Positions 1 through 13,307 of a stretch of 64,000 nt of DNA are shown here, piece after piece (within the stretch, counting starts at the first letter, position 1; each line of letters begins with the position of its first letter). The stretch covers positions 3,286,001 to 3,350,000 of the forward strand of contig CDPCPM010000418.1 of assembly GCA_976551045.1 (NCBI GenBank), in the 5' to 3' direction. The notes under the pieces were generated by a model, which was not told the DNA's origin, did not search any database, and was given only the letters and a program-made list of their open reading frames with translations. The stretch is from Glaucostegus cemiculus. Its lineage: Eukaryota. The position numbers were made by a program, and so were the translations under genes.

Positions 1-499
1 CCCTGAATCACTTCCTGTCTTGCTTGAGTAAGGGATGTGCATTAAAGGGCCATTGCCATCATTTCATGATAAAGTTGGCTAAAGCCTAGCCTGTGCCGGG
101 AAGCCTTGCTATGTTCTTAATACATTCTTTCTCCTGTGGTGATGTTGTGGTCTGTATAACTCCTCCCTTCCTCAATCACTGCCAGCTTAAAATATTTGAA
201 TGTTGCTAAAAAGTTTGGTCAGATGGTTTAGAAGAAAAAAACAATAAACAGCTGAGATAACAACAGAAAATGTTGGAAAAACTCAGCAGATTAGGCAGCA
301 TTTGTGCTATTTTTCCAACTTTTTCTTCTTTTCCTTCAGATTTCCAGCATTTGTGTTTTTATCTGATTTTCAATGAACAGCTCAGGGGTTAGAGTCAGAT
401 ATCCAACAGTTGATCTCAACTGAAGAGGCAGTAAGAGGTTCTCCAACCCCACTGGGATTCCTGGGTTTGGGGTACAAAAAAAATGAGCCAGGTTTTCTG

Positions 500-785
500 T
501 CTCTTCAATCCTGCACCGACAACTTGAGAATGAATTTCTTCTCACGGAGGATGGTGACTCTCTGGAATTCTCTGCCCCAGCAGGTGGTGGAAGCTGGATC
601 ATTCAATGGATTTAAAGTGGAGGTGGATAAATATTTGATAAATCAAGAAATAGAAAGGTATGGAGAAAGAGCATGGAAGAGCTGAGGCCAGCATAGATCT
701 GCCGTGATCATGTTAAAAGATGGGACAGGCTTGAAGGGCCAGATAGCCTATTCCTGCTCCTATATTTTTGTGGTCTTGTGTGTAT
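500..785 (+). mobile_element. CR1-type LINE 3' fragment (ORF2 C-terminus and 3' tail)
   Basis: ORF 410-685 ends LRMNFFSRRMVTLWNSLPQQVVEAGSFNGFKVEVDKYL, the typical CR1 ORF2 C-terminus. It is followed by the tail aagggccagatagcctattcctgctcctat. Confidence 0.85.
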
Positions 786-789
786 ACAG

Positions 790-1110
790 AATCATGGCTG
801 GCATTCTCAGAGGTGCAATGCCAGAGGTGCAGTCTTACAGATGAAACTTTAACCAAGGTGTCCATCTGCCCTCAGGTGGATGTTAAAGATACTTCAGAGC
901 TCCTGGTCAATGAGTTTTTCTCAAGCAATATTACTAAACACAGATTGTTTATTTATCTCAGTACTGTGTGAGAGAACCTGGTGTGCATAAACTGGCTAAT
1001 AGATTTATTATATTACAACAATAGCTGGGCATCAACAAAACTTGACTGACTGTAAAGATCTTTGGAGTGTTGAGGTTACAAAACTAATACAGAAATACAA
1101 GCCTTTCTTT
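790..1110 (+). mobile_element. Deu-domain SINE (AmnSINE1/SacSINE1-like), decayed
   Basis: Contains ccatctgccctcaggtggatgttaaagat and tcctggtcaat, plus an L2-like tail (gtgtgcataaactggct...ctgtaaagatctttgg). Related copies occur at about 12.0, 22.8 and 47.2 kb. Confidence 0.7.
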
Positions 1111-1114
1111 ATTG

Positions 1115-3795
1115 AACATTGTGAGTATGAGTAGACCTTTAAAAACTGAGTGTATAAAGCGGTATAACATAACATATGTTGTACCAGTTACTGCTGTTGA
1201 GTTTGAGAACGGCTTCCTTCAATAAAGGGCCCGCTGTTGTTAGCTTGATCTCATCTTGGGACTTATAGCAATAAAAGCACCCATGGATGAAACACTGAAA
1301 ACAAATTTGGGATGTTGTTGCTTGTGAGAGTGAAAGAAAATGGATATCTAGGCTGCGAAAATAGAAAAATGGGCTCTCTATGTCGGAACAGGCATAGTGA
1401 GAATGGCAGGAAATGCAAGTCTGAGAACCACGAGTTAATTTGGCCATTTGCTCTGTCTGTGGAGTGTGTAGAACTATTTGTTGAGGTGTGCACCTTGACT
1501 GGTGATGAGGTGAAAGGTACATATCATAAGAAACAATAACACATGAGGAGGGAAGTGATAATGTTGATGACATTAAGACTGGAGACAATTAAAACACTGG
1601 TGAATCTGTCTGTGACACAAAGCACACAAGAGGTCTCTCACAAAGACACTGTAAAAACCTTAAAGGAGAAATTCAGAAACTACATGCAATACGGCTGGCA
1701 ACTTAATCTCTTCAGAAGACGAATAACCTTCACTTGGTAATGAGTTCAAGCAGGAAGATTCACAAGGATCGCCTGCTGATCCTTGTAAGAGTCTGGAGAT
1801 GTCATAAATTGACCAGAAAGTTTTAGATAAGAGTTTCCAACAAAGTGGGGTGACACAAAGGCAAAACGTGCTTGGAGATGGAAGCTAAAGCTAAGTTTGT
1901 GCAGCTACGAAAGGCAATGATGGAAAAGAAAGGCCTCAAGAACAGAGAACAGAAATGAGAGGAAGCAGTTATAATCTGGCACAGTGTACCACTAAGGAAG
2001 TGGCTGACACTATGTCTGTGATGCAACCATAATGGAAGGAACTGAAATTACTTTGGCCCTTGGCAGAGAAGCTGATAGAAGCTACAAGTTCTGGGATAGA
2101 TTGGTCTAAAAACTGCACAACTGATCAAAAAAAATGATGAAAAAGTGCAGCACAGAAAGCAACCTGAGGAGTGTTTTCAGGGTGTTGTTAAAAACCTTCA
2201 ACTGTAAGCTGGCTGATCTCAACAAACTTCAAAGACGCTGTAAATATTATAATTCTTGGCTCTCTAATATATCTTGAATCTTGGGCTATTTTATTATTGA
2301 ATCTGAGAGTGAAGTGGCTGTGTTGAAACAGGGGCATGGTATAAAAGTGGAGGGCCAGTCTTGCATTATCCATGTTGTGCACAAGATATTAAAAATGACT
2401 AATGCACAATCATGACAAGATTTGAAGGTTCTTACTGTAGGTGAGACAGGCTAGTTCTGAAAATTGTTATGAGGGTGCATCATTGATTAAGGAAATGATG
2501 GAGGTGACACAAGATGGAACAAATGCTGATGCAGAGAAACCCAAGTGGAAATTTAAGCAACATAGTCCAAAGTCACAAGGAAAGTTACCACTGTGCACCA
2601 CTAGACTTCAGTAGAAACAGGTCAGGACTGCCATGGATTCCCAAAATGGAAATGATAATGAAGACACAATGGAGAGCCATCAAAGCCAAAGGAAGGCTCT
2701 GGTGAGAATGTGAATAGCATCGACTGCAAAAAAGGGGCAGAGTAGAGAACAGGAGCCACAAGTTATGAGCAAGACTGGTCTAACACCAACATGGATTCCA
2801 GTACCACGGAGTCCAGACTGGAAAGAAGTCTACAGCATAAAGCCAAGATGTGAAAGAAATGGATGACAAAAACTAGTTTGAACAAGTGATAAATGATAAG
2901 AAAACAAAGGAAATGTAAAGACAATGTGGACTGTGATCCCATCATTCAGGTTACCCATCACAAATGTCTGATTAATGTTGTTTAGAGAATTTCAGTTGGA
3001 CAACACTTCATCCATACCAAAAGCAACAAGCAAAATTAAGACCTGGTGATTTGATTCATAATCTGGGAACCCAGTGTGGAATTTTCTGGGTGGCAGAGCC
3101 CAAAATATATCTCAAAAATAGAGAAGCAGATGGATCCAACTTTGAAGATAAAAAAAGGTGAAACACAGTTCAGGCATTGAAAGAAAAGTTTAGATGGAAG
3201 ACACTATAGAAACAAAGGCAAAAAGGACAGAAAATGTTAAAAGGCTAACAAAGTAAGGACACTATTATTGAGTTCTTAAAATCAGTGATATGCCAAATGT
3301 ATTGTATCTGCTGTAGTTATTAATCAGATTTATCAGATGCATGTGTTGATTTTTATGTAGACTGTACACTGCACACGGTGGTTCAAAGGATGGAAGTAAT
3401 TATGTAATGGCACCAACCACAGAAATGTTAAATATATCTTATAGCTAAGGGGTGAAGACTGAGAAACTAAGTAAATTTGTATTTGGTTATTATATATTCT
3501 ATATTTCTCTTTGCAAACAACTTGTTAATTGTATAATTTGATATTTGTAATTAGCGATTTGATTATATCATTTAGTGTATGTAGATAGTGGATGAATAAC
3601 ATGCATTTATCACATTTTAAATGGAAAGTGGTCCAGCATATAAGAATGTACTTTTAAGAGATGAGTGTACCATGTGTTATGATTTGATACACTGTGATAT
3701 CAGGCATTGCTGTTTAGTTTAAGAATAGCAACCTTCAGTAAAGGCTGGGTTTAGTGTAAGTGCCAGTACTTGCAACAATTCTAAAGAAGCCCACA
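1115..3795 (+). mobile_element. Decayed, internally deleted Ty3/Gypsy LTR retrotransposon with two LTRs
   Basis: Direct repeat 1192-1228 vs 3708-3744 matches at 30/37 by hand. The 5' LTR ends CA then TGG (1282-1286). A purine tract aaggggtgaagac precedes TG at about 3447-3461. Gag-like peptides: ELFVEVCTLTG, MLMTLRLETIKTLVNLSVTQSTQEVSHKDTVKTLKEKF, KLADLNKLQRRCKY. Integrase-tail-like LRPGD at about 3037. Confidence 0.75.
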
Positions 3796-4859
3796 CATTA
3801 TCCAGTCAATTCTGCTGGGGGCACATGTGTGACAATGGATGAGAAGCCGATGAACTCTCAAAGTGTCTAAAACCACAGGTATAGTTGTTCTTTATCTCAA
3901 AGTATCAGCCTATCCTCTACACTCCTGGTGCTGCATTCTGGTAATGAGTCCAGATGCCAGGCGAAGAAGAAAAATTGCAGGAAAAAGGAGACAAAAATAC
4001 ACAGCTTATTTCCAAATTACTTAGCAGCAAGATGGGTTGCCACTGAGCCCCACCTTGACATTACCAGAACATAAGGGATTAATTTTATTTCCCACCATCT
4101 GCCTGCTAACAGTCCTAATTTTTTTCTTAGAAAAGCCAAAAAAGTTAATGTAAACTGGAGCTTTAGTGGTCTCAAGGAAAGAAAGTGCACAAGATATCTA
4201 ATGCTAATAACCAACAAGACCAAGTGTTGGGATTGAACCTTATGGCCCTGAATTACTTGATGGCTACAAACACCTGACACTGACTGGCAGGGTTGTGAGA
4301 TGGCCAAGCATGTAGGCAGTAAATGTGGAGCCAATTTGCATTCATTGAGTCTGCATTAATGATCTAAATATAAAAGAAATTGACATATTTGACTTCCATG
4401 TCTCACTTTTCCAAAATGATGGGTGGGTGATAAGTTCTCCCATTCCACTTAAAAAGTAAACCAGGGTTTCTTTATCAGATTAAAACTAAGTTGACCAAAC
4501 AAAGAATAACAAACAAACATTTTTTACAGTGGAATCCTCTGGTAATTAATAATCAGCCATCTTTCCCTTTTAAATTCAAGGTCAAACATTTTAAATGAGC
4601 AAATAATTAAGGAACAATTGAAAGAACAATGTAGAACTAATTCTTGTCATGGACCACCTCTAAATATCATAACTTTCAAGAAAAATGAACTAGTGGAAAA
4701 GGATAAAAACTCTGGAACATGATTCTATTAATATAAATTAAAGGCCTGTTGTATTGATCATGATCAGTCAGATCATTAGTTATTTTAAAGTGAGAGGAGT
4801 GTTGTTCCACTTAATAGTATGATAGCATTGTTGCTGCATTGAAATGTAATTCTTAGGGC

Positions 4860-5960
4860 CTGGTGCTCAGATTTTGATACAATACACTAGTTGTGACCAA
4901 ACAAGTAACTTTATGGAGATTTAATATCATATCCTTGCTTTTCCATACCTCTACTTATAAAGCCCTAAACCTTATGACTTTATAGTCACTTTCTCAATCT
5001 GGTTTGTTATCTTCAAGGATTTGTACACATCTATATTCATATAATCTCTTTGCCCCTCCTATTTCTTTTATCACCTTCCCTCTTCAGGTCACTTTGTTAC
5101 TGCAGGTACCCTTGAACTGCACCTTTTATATAGTATTGTCTCACCTTGTTCTTCCAAACTCATTACATTGCTTTTCATTTCTCTGTGTTAAATTTCATCT
5201 GCCATATGGCCGCTCATTCCACCAGCCTTTCTTTATCCACTGGTAGTCACCACCTCTGACTAACAAACTTCGAAGTTTTGCATCTCTGTAAATATTGGAA
5301 ACAGTGCATCCAAGTCATGTGTCAAGGAACACAATGACTCCAGCATCAAACCCTGCAGAACACCACTGCTCACCTTCCTCCGGCCTGAAAATCAAATGTT
5401 TGCCACTGTTCCTTGTTTTCTGTCCCAATGCCAATTTCTTTTCCACGCGCAGTCCCCTTTTTTATTCTCTGACCTTCAACTGTACTGACAAGATTCTAAT
5501 ATGACACTATTAAAAACTTTGTAAAACTCCATCAACATCACATCAACTACATTGCCCTCATCAACCCTCTTTGTCACCTTATCAAAAAGCTCAGTCAAGT
5601 TAGTTCAGCGTCCTGTGCATATTAACAAATGTGTGCTGCCTTTCCTCCATCGAATCACACTTGTCCATCAAATTTGTACTGACTTAACAGTTCTGGCAGC
5701 TCTACCATCCTAGAGGTTAAATTGAAATGGCGAGTAGTTGTTGATTTTATTCAGGCATCCTTTTATTAACATCAGCAAATATCTGATCCTTGGGAACCAT
5801 CATCATAACTGAGGGGGAATGGAAGATTATGGTCAGTCCCTCTGTAACTTCCAAAGTTATTTTCCTCAGCAAACCCGGGATACATTCTACCCAGATCTGG
5901 TGCAGGTACCAGATCTTACCAGCCTTGCAAGAACTTTCATTTTTTGTCAATTTTTAGCCT
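4860..5960 (-). mobile_element. CR1 LINE reverse-transcriptase fragment, decayed
   Basis: Minus ORF 5747-5950 (IPGLLRKITLEVTEGLTIIFHSPSVMMMVPKDQIFADV) matches the CR1 pre-RT region. The adjacent minus strand reads DVVDVDGVLQSF, resembling DVVYMDFSKAF. Confidence 0.7.
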
Positions 5961-6779
5961 ATCTTAACATCTTGACTGTCAGTTTGCCAGCATTTTATTC
6001 AATAAAGACAAATTACATCTCTCCCATGTCCTGCATAATCTCCTTTTTTATCACTTATTAACTCCACCTCTTCAGCAACAGTCCATTTTCTGGTTATGTA
6101 CCTACTGAAACCAATTTACTCTTGTTTTATCTCTTTGCCCCTTTTAGTTCCTTTATCATCTTCCCTTTGATTTTTCTATATTCAGTCTGGTTTCCAGTTG
6201 AACCTTCAACCTGACGTCTATCATACACTCAGCAATGTCTGCCTCTTTTTACTCATTCATCATCCAGGGAACCCTGTCCTTGGTTACCCTACCTTTCAGC
6301 CTCATAGGAATGTATCTAGCCATAGGACATAACAAGCATTCTACTACTAGGGTAACCTTTTCATCTTAAGGTCACAGAATATAATTGTAGTGTAAATAAA
6401 TAAAGCCGGCAATCAGTCAAAGTTTAATTGCAACAGTATGAACAAAACTTGCAAATTCATAGCTGCTTGTAGATTAATGATACTTGGACAGTAAGCAACC
6501 AGCTTTCTTATTTGTATCATTGAAACTTTGGATCCTGGTTGTTGAAGCATGCTGTAGATGTTTAAACATTATATAACAATTACTGATGTAAAGAAATTAT
6601 TTGTCAGAATTGATTAAAATGTTTTTAACTGGACCAACATAGCTGTGCGTGAATTGTGATATTTGAAAGTCAGCCAGGAATGCTCCAGTTATCTGAGCTG
6701 GATTGTAAAGATTCAGGCATGCAGAAGTAATGCCTGCAGACTTTTATTTAAACTTTAGATACGTCTTTTAATGCATTGA

Positions 6780-7110
6780 GACTGCTGCAATACTCTCTCT
6801 AGCCTTGTACCCTCTGTGAACTTGAACTCATCAACAACTCTGCTACCTAATCCAAACCGGCATCAAATCTCATTCATTCACCACCCCGTGCATGCTGACC
6901 TATATTGGCTCCAGATCCAACAATGACTCAGTCTTAAAATTCTCATCTCTGTTTCCAAATCCCTTCATGCCCTCGTCCTCTCAACCCCTCCCTCTAAGGC
7001 CTCTGCACTTCTCCACTTATGGCCTCTTCTCCTCTCCTATTTTCACTCTCCACCATTTTAGGCCATGTCTTCAGTTGCTCAGGTGCTAACTTTTGAAGTC
7101 CGCCCCACTT
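6780..7110 (+). mobile_element. L2 LINE 3' fragment
   Basis: cttgaactcatc...tcaccaccccgtgcatgctgacctatattggctc...ttaaaattctcatc encodes the L2 ORF2 C-terminal ITPVLADLHWL-like motif. Confidence 0.65.
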
Positions 7111-7114
7111 TAAA

Positions 7115-7535
7115 CCTTGGGTTTTGGTATTCTGCTTGGGTAGCTTACAACCCAATGGTATGAACAATGAATATTCCAACTTCAGGTAACCCACACTTCC
7201 AGTGTTCTCCTCCCACACACAATCTCCTGTCCATCTAGTTTTCTTCTTCCTTTGTTCATCCCTCCCATCCCCTTCCCTCTGGTTCCATCTGCCTATTATC
7301 CCTTCCCCATCTGGTTCCACATATAACTTAGCAGCCTCTGTCCCACTCTCCCCTCTCCCAGCTGGTTCCACCTACCCATCATTTCCTCTCCATCTGGTTC
7401 CACTTATCACCTATCAGCCTCTGTCCCACTACCCCTACAACTGGTTCAATTTGTCCCTCAACAATGACACACCTTTAGCCTCCACAGATGCTAATTGACC
7501 CACTGAGATCTTCCAGCATTCTGTTTTTGTTGACT
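7115..7535 (+). mobile_element. Penelope-like element 3' fragment (GIY-YIG endonuclease C-terminus and pLTR)
   Basis: Encodes LVFCLGSLQPNGMNNEYSNFR*, followed by a pyrimidine-rich UTR and the terminus ccacagatgct...ttccagcattctgttttt. Confidence 0.75.
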
Positions 7536-7619
7536 TGGCTACAGACTTCACTTTATCTTGGTTCAAACGTAAACCCATTCCAGAGAGAAGTGATGTTCTT
7601 TGATAACAAGACAGCACTT

Positions 7620-8245
7620 GACTAATTGTGGCATTGAGAAGTCCTGATAAAATGAAAATAATGGGCTTGAGTCATACCCAGCACTAAGGAAGATGACTGA
7701 GTTTGCTGGGGTCAATTATCTCAGCTCCAGCAGAAGTTCTTCACAGCAATGACTAAGTACAAGTACCTTCAACTGCTCTGCTAATAACATGCCCTCCATC
7801 CATGAGGTGAGATGTGGGCAGAATTCACAATGTTTAGTTCCATTTATATCTCCCCTAATAATGCTATATGCATCAAGACCTGGACAACTATTTCTGTGGT
7901 GTATTTTTCAAGCTGAACTGCAACAACTAATTAAACTTTGACTTGACCTCTCAAACCCCTAAGTTTCACCGAGAAGAACATAGGGAAGCAAATGCTTGGG
8001 AACACCATGGCTGCCAATTTTCTCTTCCTGGCTCACATCATCATGACTTAAAAACATATCTGCCACTCCTTTATCATCATGATTTCAAAATTCAGAAATT
8101 CCAAAATCCAGCACTACGGGAACACATCCATTACAAGTACTGCAGTCATTTAAAAAGATTCCTCAACACCATCTTCTCAAAGACAAGTAGGGATAGATGA
8201 TAATTGGTGACCTGGTTGGCAATGCCAGATAACCATGAATGGATA
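7620..8245 (+). mobile_element. L2/CR1-group LINE 3' fragment (same family as 37770-39380)
   Basis: Shares RT-region and tail motifs (ggaacaccatggctgcc, caccatcttctcaa...tagggatagatgataa) with the reverse complement of 37770-39380. Confidence 0.6.
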
Positions 8246-11200
8246 TGTATTTTTTATACAGTCCTGCCCTTATCCAAAATCCATGCAGTTTGTGTTGGCT
8301 TGTGGCCAGAGCTTAAGAGAAGCAAAATATATGTATATACTATGATTTCAAAGGGGTGACAGTTTCACTGGCTGAGGGTAAGGCCATGCAGATGTCACCC
8401 ACAGTTGGGTCACTATATATATATAAATGCATTGAGTGTGAAGTCAAGAACGGGCACAAATGACAAACATACTGTCAGCTGCTCAAAGGATTGTTGGTAA
8501 AATCCATCCTAGGCAATAGTAATCATACCTACATAGTTCATTTTGATCTCTAGAATTATTGATGCTACTGTATTGGAACTCATGTGGAATGAATCCACAT
8601 CCATCTACAAACTCCATTAAATAGAAAGGGAGAATTCACTGGTTAACAATTAGGACTCTTAAGTTTGGGTGCTAACTTTGGTTAACTGTATTTCTGTAAT
8701 TTTATAACATGACCTTCTCTCTCTAATAGCACTGAATAGGCAAATAGCCTTTTCCTTTTGCAATACACATGACTAATAAATGAAAGTGCTGAAAGAAAAT
8801 GAACAAATCTATCAATTTTTTTAACAGCCTTATGATGTTCTTCTCATTGTGTGGAAGGAGTGGCCCGAAGGTTAATCCTCAAGTCTCTGAAACTTCAAGG
8901 AATCCTGGAGGATTGGAAGTGCCATGATTTTGAGTCGACGGAAATAGCACCAGCTAAGTTCAGTTAAACAAATAACACTGGGCTCTTAAATTGTAATTTT
9001 AGCTCTAACCAAATTCTCAAAAGGCTGGATGTAGATGGTGTATGTGGCTGATGTGACCCATCTTTGGAGCTAGGTAAAGCAATAAACATCAGCCAGACTC
9101 AGTGGTCTCTACATCACATTTACAATATACGATATCTAAAAATAGATAAACCTCAAACCTTGGAACAATATTCAACTTGGCTGTGATTTCAATTAATGAG
9201 AAAGGGAGATGGCGAGGTCTTTGCTATCATTCTGCTTTTGCTACTATTTAACTTTTATGAGTTTTGTTGCATGCACAGAAGCCCAGTATGTATATATTAC
9301 ATACTATGAGGGATGTATTCCTCATCTCCCCCTCCATATTGACCATATCCACAAAGAATTATTGTGTTAGTTTCAGCTTCTATTTCAGAATAAGAATTCA
9401 TAAATATAAGACAGTCACAAATCTAGTAGGATTTCAAGGAAAACATTTTCACCCATTGATTACTCTGAAACTGTCTATCACAAGGAGAGGTTGAGTTAAA
9501 ATGCGATGATTGTGGCACAGGTTTAAAGGGCTGCAAGGCCTCTTTCTGTATTGCAACAATTCTATGTGATGGAACCTAGGAGACACCAGACAAACACACG
9601 TGGGAGCTAGCAATAGATATGAAGAGGAGTCGAAGAAGGCTGTGCCAAAGAAAACTGCCAGTGCAGACTTGTTGGATTGAATGGCCTGGCTCTCTGTTAG
9701 CGAATATAACTGCACGTGACACACCCCTGGAGACTATTATTCACAGAGAATGAAATAAATGGTCTGGCTTCACACAGGAGCCCTGAGTCACCACTGAAAC
9801 CAGGAACCCAAAGTTCCACTGACTAACACTCAAAGAATCTATTTGCATCAAGATAATTTTTAAATGAGCCAAGATGGTCAACATCCCTGCCCCTAATACA
9901 GACGACAATGCCACCAATCTGAACAGCATCCTTTCATTGGAGAGAAGCCACCAACTCTGAAGCTAAAAGCCCATGTGATTACTAGATACAGTCTCAGTAA
10001 GATGTTTATTCTTTGAATTGAATCTCTGCACTGTCACCAAGATATCAGTCCAAGGGAATCAGAGAGGCTGCACTCTCCAGCCTCATTGAACAGCATGCAT
10101 CCAGTGACCCTTTGCTTCTTTCCCTCGTTGGCAGTGGACCGACAGGCTGCTATTAAAAAAAACCTTTGTTCTTGAGATTTGGGAGATACTGATCAGAGAC
10201 ATTTATTGCTTGTCCCAAGTTACCATGGTAAGTTAGCCATGGTGGGCCATCTTCAGTGCAAGTACGTTCAAGACTAAATGCCTGTTCATCTAAAACTCTA
10301 CTGCCTATGACTCACTCCCACATCCTGTTCAACCATCCACCCTGTACTTGCTAAACCTACACTGGCTCCCAATTCAGCAACACCTCAATTTTAAATTTCT
10401 AATCTGTGTGTTCAAATCTCTCCATAGCTGTGTCATGACTTATCCCTGTAAACTCTTCCAGCCTTACAATCTTTCTAAGATCTACCCACTTGTCCAAACT
10501 GGCCTCCAGCCCATTCTCCTATTTTAATCATTTTGTCATAGGCAGCTGTGCCTGTGCCTCCCTGTGTCCCAAGCTCTGCGATTTCTTCCATCCTTTGAAA
10601 TTGTGGCCTCTTGCTGCATCCAGCATTCAAGGCCATGAACCCTCTCCTTCCTCATCCAACTGGAGTGTTGTATATGAGCACAAGCGTGCGTTTGTCCAGG
10701 GGACGCCATGTCAACTGATCTTCAGCTGGGTCTCACACAATGACTGCACAAGCATAAAGTGTTAGACAACACCACACCCATGCCCCCCACACCCCTCTAT
10801 ACAGACAATATACACAATCCCAGCTCTCACCAGTGCATAATGCAGCACTTTGCCTTCTCCCCAGCCCAAAAAATTCAGCAGTGACTCTACCATTGCCACA
10901 AATCTGGAATTAAAGTTGGAATCTTCCTGACCTTTAAGGTTATGACAGGGTCCTAACTCCTTGCTTCTTAGACTCAAAGAACGATGGATAACTGCTTTTA
11001 AGTTCTGTTTGTTCCAGCTGTGGTTATTTTATTTTCCCTCCTTGCTTCCTTTTCCCTTTGCGTTCCATTCTCTGTCAGAAGGCATCTCTCCAACTAGTAC
11101 ACACCCAATCATGCTCAAATATCACCAGCACGGGGCAACCAATTGCAGAGAATCACAGAGCTATTCTAATTGGCAAAGGCACTTGCTGCTGACTGGTCTC

Positions 11201-11632
11201 GTAACTAACCAATTAAAACAAGCAGGGGAAGGGATAAAGATTGTTCAGCCTCGCAGTTCCTGCTGTGTGCTTTTTTTTTGCATGAAATTCGACAAGCTTT
11301 GGTCATTATCTTGACCTGCTGTAGTTCACAAACAAAGGTGGGGTATGAAGAACAAGCCAAACTGTTATTGCTGAGCACACAAAAAAAGCAACGCCACTTA
11401 AAAATGCTGGAGATAGCCAGGCTGAATTTTTCCTCCTCCCACACTCCAGGAACATTGAGGTTAATGGTGACAAACACAGACCCATTTGTTTCAGCACTGC
11501 ATCAGCACTCGTATGTGTCTCTGTCCTGCATACTCAATTAGCTTGCAATTATTTGATGTTATTTTTTGCCTTTAGCCCAGCTTGTATCAACAAACAGAAT
11601 TTACACCAGCAGCAAAACTGATTCCTGGAGGA

Positions 11633-11965
11633 CTGCACAGTGGCTCGGATAGCAGAGCTGCTGCCTCACAGTGCCAGCGACCCAGATTGAAGCCTGACCT
11701 CTGATGCTATCTGTCTGGAGTTTGCATGTTCTTCCTGTAAACTGTGAGAGTTTCCCCCAGGTGCTCCAGTTTCCTCCCACATCCCAACAATGTGCAGGAT
11801 GGTAGACAAACTGGCCACTCTAAACTGTTCATCGTGCGTAGCGGTGCAGGGGGGAGTTGTTGGGAATGGAGGGAGAGTAGGTTACTGAGAAGGTTAGTCA
11901 GAGGAAGAGGACCGCGCTGAGAGCCGCCAGCCTTCATGGACTAGAACAGCCTTTATGTTGTAAGG
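11633..11965 (+). mobile_element. tRNA-derived V-SINE (HE1-like)
   Basis: tRNA-like head gcacagtggctc...tgctgcctcacagtgccagcgaccc, then the V-domain tggagtttgcatgttct...gtttcccccaggtgctccagtttcctcccacatccc. Confidence 0.85.
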
Positions 11966-11994
11966 AAATATGGAATATGGAATACATCAAAAGA

Positions 11995-12345
11995 AAGAAA
12001 GGCTTTCATTTGTATGGTGCCTTTTTCAGGACATCCCAAAGTACTTTTCCTACAATTTTGTTTCATCAAAATTATGCTGAAATAAAGCAGCCAGCTTGAA
12101 TTAGGCAATGTGATAATGATTGCTGACATGTTTACATCTTCATGATGAGGGAAAATTATAAAGATTATAATTATTTTGGTCTAAAATTTTCCATCCACTT
12201 GAAAGGCCAAATGAGCCTTGTTTTAACACCTTATTTGATAGATGAGTGTAGCACTCCCTCAGTACTGCAATAGACTGTTATCCTTAAGTTTGTGATTAAT
12301 TCTCTAGAGTGGGACTTGAACCCATGCCTATGTGACTCAAGAAGA
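11995..12345 (-). mobile_element. Deu-domain SINE, decayed
   Basis: Reverse-orientation motifs catccacttgaaagg, tagcactccctcagtactgca, ctctagagtgggacttgaaccc. Confidence 0.7.
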
Positions 12346-13256
12346 AAGCAGGGCATCCATTTGGCCATGGGTAACATCTTACACAGCTCTGTGGGAAGCC
12401 ATTCAGTCTATCATGCATGTGATTCTCCTTTAGAGAGCTATTCAATTAGCTCCACTTTCCCTACTTTCACCTCCAAGCCCTTCAAATTATTTACTTTCCC
12501 CAGTATATATTCAATGCTGCTGTTCAATTGGATATGTTTCCGTTTGCCTTTCAGACTGTGGGCTCCACATTATAACAATTCATTCTGTAAACAAAAAATC
12601 ACGATATCTTACCTTTGGTTCTTTGACCTAATTGCACATTCAAGCTACTGTGCCTCATTTATTTTCCCATCTAAAGAATGATAAGCATGAAAGTTGCCTT
12701 CATGATGATCATCATTGATTGTAACACAGTACATAAGTACTTCAGCCACCCTCCCCTTGAACTCACATCGTTTTGCATGCATACCAGTTCTTTGATCTCA
12801 GGCCAGGCAGATAATGGGCTCTTTCCCAACTGGAAAAATTAAGCTTATATAGGCAATGATCGACAACTCCTTGGGACAGGCACTAGACTCTCCCATGTTC
12901 CCTTAATCCCTATGAAATCCCCTAATCTCTCACCTGATTCAGGAGCAGTTTTTTAGACTGTTTTTCCAATAACTTTAAAGTATGTTTTCTAAGATCTCTT
13001 GGACTGTCCCATACATATTACATGATACAATAAAAATTTTAGAGTGGATGAAAGGGTATGGGATAAAGAGAAAACAGGAGGAGAAAGATGGGGGAATAAG
13101 AGAAAAGAGCAGAGAGAGAGAAAGGCAGAAGTAGGAAGTGCGTCAGATTGAGTTGTGCAAATATACAAATAGTAAAGATGACAGAGAAGGTAGAGACAGC
13201 AAGGAGCTATGTGAAAATGGAGAGAGGCATGGACTAAACCAGGATGAGAGAGTGAG

Positions 13257-13258
<2 letters not shown>

Positions 13259-13305
<47 letters not shown>
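13259..13305. repeat. (AG)n microsatellite within a purine-rich tract (about 13060-13345)
   Basis: Perfect AG dinucleotide run seen directly. Confidence 0.95.

Positions 13306-13307
<2 letters not shown>

Noticed and set aside
11633-11705. tRNA-like sequence
   Set aside because: It is the head of a V-SINE, followed directly by the V-domain, and is not a tRNA gene.
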